From Candidatus Iainarchaeum sp. (GTDB taxonomy: Archaea; Iainarchaeota; Iainarchaeia; Iainarchaeales; JAFCCJ01), in assembly GCA_043816965.1 (NCBI GenBank), contig JBDRHK010000016.1, forward strand, positions 1 to 10,329: a stretch of DNA of 10,329 bases, written 5' to 3'. A program made the position numbers and the translations under genes. This document shows positions 6,880 to 10,329 of the stretch, one piece after another; the first letter of the stretch is position 1; each line of letters starts with the position of its first letter. Below the pieces are notes generated by a model. The model was not told where the DNA came from, did no database searches, and worked only from the letters and a program-made list of their open reading frames with translations.

Positions 6880-7776
6880 ATGATGAAAATATTAATAACA
6901 GGTGGGACTGGATTGTTGGGGAATTCACTGATGCGGTTTGCGTCGCAGAAGCATGAGATTGTGGGAACTTATCTGAATGACAAGGTTGAGTTCGGGGATT
7001 ATGATTTAAGGGAGATGGACATCACTGACAGGAATAAAATAATTGAATTGGTTAAGGAGATTGCGCCGGAAATTGTAATTCACACCGCAGCCTTTACAAA
7101 TGTTGATGCCTGCGAAATCGAAAAGGAAACCGCATACAATGTAAATGTTCTTGGTGTGCAGAATGTTGCGTTTGCGTGCAAAGAAGCGAAATGCAGAATG
7201 ATTTACATTTCCACCGATTATGTTTTTGACGGGGAAAAAGGAAATTATGTAGAAACTGACAAACCAAATCCTGTGAATTACTATGCCGAAACTAAATTAT
7301 TGGGGGAGCAAATGGTGAAAGGCTCGCTCCCTGAAAAGCAGTTTGCGATTGCGAGAATTAATTTATATGGCTGGAATGTTCTCCCAAAAAATGACTTGGT
7401 GACTTGGATAATCGACAAGAACAAAAAGAAGGAGGAAATAACTGCTTTCACAGACTGGATAAACAGCCCGTTTTTGGCAGATAACTGCGCAGAGGCGTTG
7501 GTTGAAATGGCGAAAAAAGGGCTCTTTGGAATCTATCATTTGGTCGGAGATGAGGCCATAAACCGCCATGATTTTGCCCTAAGGGTGGCTGAAATCTTTG
7601 ATTTGGACACAAAATTCATCAAATCCGGCACTTCAGAACAATTAAATCTACAGGCTAAAAGGCCAAAGGACATCTCTCTTTGCATAGATGTGGCTAAAAA
7701 GGATTTGGACACAAAATTGCTGAATGTTGAGGAAGGATTGAAAAAAATGAAGGAAATAGGGGCTGGTTTGGAATAA
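6880..7776 (+). CDS. rfbD: dTDP-4-dehydrorhamnose reductase family protein (RmlD/RfbD-like)
   Basis: 298 aa. Motifs: ILITGGTGLLG, IHTAAFTNVDACE, VNVLG, canonical ISTDYVFDG, PNPVNYYAETK and AKRPKD. Start is at 6880 or 6883. The substrate may differ from the rhamnose precursor. Confidence 0.85.
   Translation: MMKILITGGTGLLGNSLMRFASQKHEIVGTYLNDKVEFGDYDLREMDITDRNKIIELVKEIAPEIVIHTAAFTNVDACEIEKETAYNVNVLGVQNVAFACKEAKCRMIYISTDYVFDGEKGNYVETDKPNPVNYYAETKLLGEQMVKGSLPEKQFAIARINLYGWNVLPKNDLVTWIIDKNKKKEEITAFTDWINSPFLADNCAEALVEMAKKGLFGIYHLVGDEAINRHDFALRVAEIFDLDTKFIKSGTSEQLNLQAKRPKDISLCIDVAKKDLDTKLLNVEEGLKKMKEIGAGLE
7600..7718 (+). repeat. 17-nt exact in-frame direct repeat GATTTGGACACAAAATT (7600-7616 and 7702-7718)
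   Basis: Read directly from the sequence. The copies are 102 nt apart and both encode DLDTK. Confidence 0.7.
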
Positions 7777-7799
7777 TAATTTAATTTATTGGGATTCAA

Positions 7800-8204
7800 A
7801 TGTCTGAAGAAATTGAAATAATTCCCCTTGAAAAGAAAGAGGATGAAAGGGGATGGTTAATGGAAATCCTGAAAAAGGGTCAGCTCTCGAAAAAGGAATT
7901 TGGCCAGTTTTTTGTGACAACTGCAAAACCAGGGAAAGTGAAAGGCAATCACTATCACCTTGGGCATGACGAATTTTTCTGTGTTATTAAGGGAAAGGGA
8001 AAACTCGTTATGAAACATATTGAAACCGGCGAAACTAAAAAACTGGAAATCGGCGAGGGCAATATGATTACTGTTAAAATTACTCCCAAATGGAGCCATG
8101 GGATAAAAAACATCGGCAAAGATGAGATGTTCCTCCTTGCATATTCCGACGCCGAATTTGATGAAAAGAAGCCTGACACTTTCAGAGAAGTTGTAATTGA
8201 GTGA
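7800..8204 (+). CDS. Stand-alone sugar-modifying cupin resembling the C-terminal cupin of CapF (WxcM-like/cupin superfamily)
   Basis: 134 aa. Motifs: DERGWLMEIL, GQFFVTTAKPGKVKGNHYH, EFFCVIKGKG, SHGIKNIG and EFDEKKPDTF. The metal-type HxH...E...H ligand set is intact. Confidence 0.8.
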   Translation: MSEEIEIIPLEKKEDERGWLMEILKKGQLSKKEFGQFFVTTAKPGKVKGNHYHLGHDEFFCVIKGKGKLVMKHIETGETKKLEIGEGNMITVKITPKWSHGIKNIGKDEMFLLAYSDAEFDEKKPDTFREVVIE

Positions 8205-8219
8205 TATCTGCTAATTAGG

Positions 8220-9722
8220 TTATATTGGGACCATAAAAAGGAATACAATAAATATTGAGAGTATAATATTCAGAACAAGGGCGGTAATGTAAATTTTAAA
8301 AAAGTCCCAAGGCCCAATTTTTGCCTTGCTCCATTTGAGTATTTTTTTTGCGTTATCTACTGCTAATATCTTAAATAAGGCCACAGTAATAATCAGGTCA
8401 ATAATGCCCAACCCAAACATTAAAAGCAGAAGGAATAAAGAAAAAAATGTGTAAATTTCGGATGAAAATAAGTTATATAAAAATCCGCTTAAGGCACTTA
8501 CGAGTATGCTTAAAACTAAGAATCCTGCCGCGAGGATTATTAAAAAGAACAACAAAAATGCAAGGTTAATAACAGTCCAAACAATTGGGAGAATTATTCC
8601 GTAAATTATTCCCTCCTTGAAATTGTATTTTTTCGTAAGTGCGGAATAGGCCAATGAAGCGGCAATCCAGGAAAGGAAGAGCAAAACTATTGCAATAAGC
8701 CATGGCGGAACTATATCCAATATGAACATCCCAATAGGGACTGCCTTCTTCTCATCTTCCATTTCAAGTACCAAATCCTCGTTGTAAAGTTCGTGGCTTT
8801 CTCGCGGAGGCAGGTATTCATATCTATAATAATCGTAGTTCTGCATTTCGCTCCAAGGCGAAAAAACAAAATACTGGCTTTTTTGGTCGAAAATCTCAGT
8901 AGCAGGGGAAAAGTTTGGAGTTAATTTGTAATCCAGCGGAGCCCTTATTTTTATCACATAATCCCTCGGGAGTTCCTTGTAAAGATGAGTTGTCGAAGAT
9001 GGGTAAAAGATTTTTCCATTGTTGTCGAATTTGAAAGTCACCAGTGTTTTCAGTTCCTCCTTGGTTTTGTTTATCCTGAAAACAACAATTGTCTTGTCAA
9101 GGAATTCATAGAGCTCTTCAGGCGGTTCTTTGCCATTTATTTCGAAAAACTTCCTAAGGGTTTGCTTGTCAGAAATTTTATAGACATCCGCCCTCCCGAT
9201 ATTTCCGAAGTAATAGTGCTCAGTTCCATAAAGATCATCATAATTAGCCTCTAGCCCTTTTGAATCACTCATACTCATATTGGTTGTAAGGAGCGCCAAT
9301 AAAATCAGGGGTGACAAAAGCGCAAACACAGGGAAAGGGACAAACTCAAGGCTCGAAACCATGATAACCGACCATGGGAATTCTTCATGTTTTTTATTTA
9401 GCTCTTCAGCATGGTTAATTTCTGAATCAAAATCAGCGAATTTCTCCTCGAAAAAATATTCTGTCGCCTCCTGCAATTGCACATCTGTAGGGGCATCCTC
9501 AAAGGGAACAATCCAGTTCATTTCATCAGAATCGTAATCGCTGAAATCAAAGGTAACGAAAAGGTTTGTGGTGTATTGGTCCTTCTCCACATCGATATAC
9601 ACCAATTGGTCTCCCTGGCTGACATCGGCAATAGTATAATCATAGGGCCTAATCGCAATCCCATCTGCAAGGGCAATAGGCAGAATAAGTATGAGCAAAA
9701 CCAATAATGATGCTTTTTTCAT
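8220..9722 (-). CDS. Hypothetical exported/membrane protein with DUF2330-like N-terminal region and multi-TM C-terminus
   Basis: 500 aa. Signal peptide MKKASLLVLLILILPIALA|DG is followed by DQLVYID...NWIVPF..PTDV...F, reminiscent of DUF2330. There is an internal hydrophobic stretch and about 5 C-terminal TM helices. The ORF is well supported; the family call is tentative. Confidence 0.65.
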   Translation of the reverse strand: MKKASLLVLLILILPIALADGIAIRPYDYTIADVSQGDQLVYIDVEKDQYTTNLFVTFDFSDYDSDEMNWIVPFEDAPTDVQLQEATEYFFEEKFADFDSEINHAEELNKKHEEFPWSVIMVSSLEFVPFPVFALLSPLILLALLTTNMSMSDSKGLEANYDDLYGTEHYYFGNIGRADVYKISDKQTLRKFFEINGKEPPEELYEFLDKTIVVFRINKTKEELKTLVTFKFDNNGKIFYPSSTTHLYKELPRDYVIKIRAPLDYKLTPNFSPATEIFDQKSQYFVFSPWSEMQNYDYYRYEYLPPRESHELYNEDLVLEMEDEKKAVPIGMFILDIVPPWLIAIVLLFLSWIAASLAYSALTKKYNFKEGIIYGIILPIVWTVINLAFLLFFLIILAAGFLVLSILVSALSGFLYNLFSSEIYTFFSLFLLLLMFGLGIIDLIITVALFKILAVDNAKKILKWSKAKIGPWDFFKIYITALVLNIILSIFIVFLFMVPI

Positions 9723-9743
9723 GCCAATAATAGGGTTTTCTGA

Positions 9744-9751
9744 AATAAAAA
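9744..9751 (-). promoter_or_regulatory. Candidate archaeal TATA-like box (TTTTTATT) for a leaderless transcript of the 500-aa gene
   Basis: Located -29 to -22 from the ATG at 9722, with no SD-like sequence in between. It could equally be an oligo-T terminator of the GT4 gene. Confidence 0.3.
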
Positions 9752-9762
9752 GCTAACTATTT
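9747..9762 (-). repeat. Copy 2 of the 16-nt junction motif (AAATAGTTAGCTTTTT on the - strand)
   Basis: Begins 2 nt after the GT4 stop. It is 15/16 identical to 3630-3645, in inverted orientation. Confidence 0.55.
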
Positions 9763-9764
9763 GC

Positions 9765-10328
9765 TTAGTTTGCCCCGATCGCACTTTCCACCACTTTCAG
9801 CATATCTTCCCCGATTTTCTCATCAGTAAATTCTGATTGGTATTTCGCAATCGCGTTTTTGGAGAGATTTTCCCTCAGCGCAGAATCCTTTTTTAGTGTT
9901 AAAATTGCATTAACAAGCGCGATTTCACTTCCCTTCTCAATAAGCATTGCGTCCTTCCCATTTTCCACCAACTCCCTGATTCCGGTTCCATCTCCTGTGA
10001 TAATTGGCTTTCCCATTGCAAGGCATTCAAATGCCTTTGTCGCAATAACCCTGTCAATCTTCTCGAGTTTTGAAAACTGCCCTAAACAGACATCAGCATC
10101 TGCGATAACAGAAGCCAATTTTTCTTTCGCAATCCAGCCTGTTAATTCAACATTTGAAAGGCTTTTTACCGATTCCTTAACCTCATCCAGCATCGGCCCT
10201 GAACCTGCAAGCACGAATTTAATCTCCTTTGATTTCGAAAGCAGGCGGGCGGCCTTTGTTATTATTTCCAGTCCCTGTCCTGGGCGGAAGGAACCATAGA
10301 ATAAAACATTAAATTTGCCTGATTTCTT
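9765..10328 (-). CDS. GT4 family (GT-B fold) glycosyltransferase, C-terminal part, 5'-truncated by the window edge
   Basis: The frame is open to the edge: KKSGKFNVLFYGSFRPGQGLEIITKAARLL...KFVLAGSGP, then LTGWI, ADVCLG, KAFECLAMGKPIITGDGTGIRELVENG and LRENLSKNA. Confidence 0.9.
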   Translation of the reverse strand, partial: KKSGKFNVLFYGSFRPGQGLEIITKAARLLSKSKEIKFVLAGSGPMLDEVKESVKSLSNVELTGWIAKEKLASVIADADVCLGQFSKLEKIDRVIATKAFECLAMGKPIITGDGTGIRELVENGKDAMLIEKGSEIALVNAILTLKKDSALRENLSKNAIAKYQSEFTDEKIGEDMLKVVESAIGAN

Positions 10329-10329
10329 T

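Noticed and set aside
8203..8220. Bidirectional terminator at the convergent junction
   Set aside because: The gap is only 15 nt with two short palindromes (GATATC, CTAATTAG), and there is no stable hairpin or T-tract.
10212..10214. GTG start given by the ORF track for the GT4
   Set aside because: The upstream frame stays open and encodes conserved GT4 sequence (VLFYGSF...QGLE).
7363..10299. Short overlapping ORFs (7363-8248 on -, 8985-10299 on +)
   Set aside because: They lie opposite longer, better-supported genes and show the typical antisense-shadow composition.
1..10329. CRISPR array, tRNA/rRNA, transposase, integrase or defence system
   Set aside because: There are no regularly spaced repeats, no intergenic gap over about 55 nt and no matching protein motifs. 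The methyltransferases lack DNA-MTase motifs such as DPPY/NPPY or PC.

Overview
A gene-dense, AT-rich surface-glycan (nucleotide-sugar biosynthesis and modification) locus. Nine + strand genes run from the left edge to 8204: a 5'-truncated GT-C/ArnT-like membrane protein, a WecC/WbpA-type UDP-HexNAc 6-dehydrogenase, two class I SAM methyltransferases, a UPF0104/AglD2 flippase-like protein, a sugar cupin, a 566-aa tandem double-SDR fusion, an RmlD-type reductase and a stand-alone CapF-type cupin. They converge on two - strand genes: a signal-peptide-bearing DUF2330-like membrane protein and a 5'-truncated GT4 glycosyltransferase. Gene content, a GGTGA-type RBS and a TATA-like leaderless start suggest an archaeon, possibly DPANN; this is inference only. 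The most interesting element is the cupin + fused SDR pair. It looks like a non-dehydrating oxidise-epimerise-reduce route in which a Cj1427-like C4-dehydrogenase is fused to a divergent RmlD-like reductase, with a second reductase/cupin pair directly after it. A 16-nt motif occurs in inverted orientation at two gene junctions 6.1 kb apart. No RNA genes, CRISPR arrays or mobile elements were seen. All family assignments come from motif recognition, not database searches.
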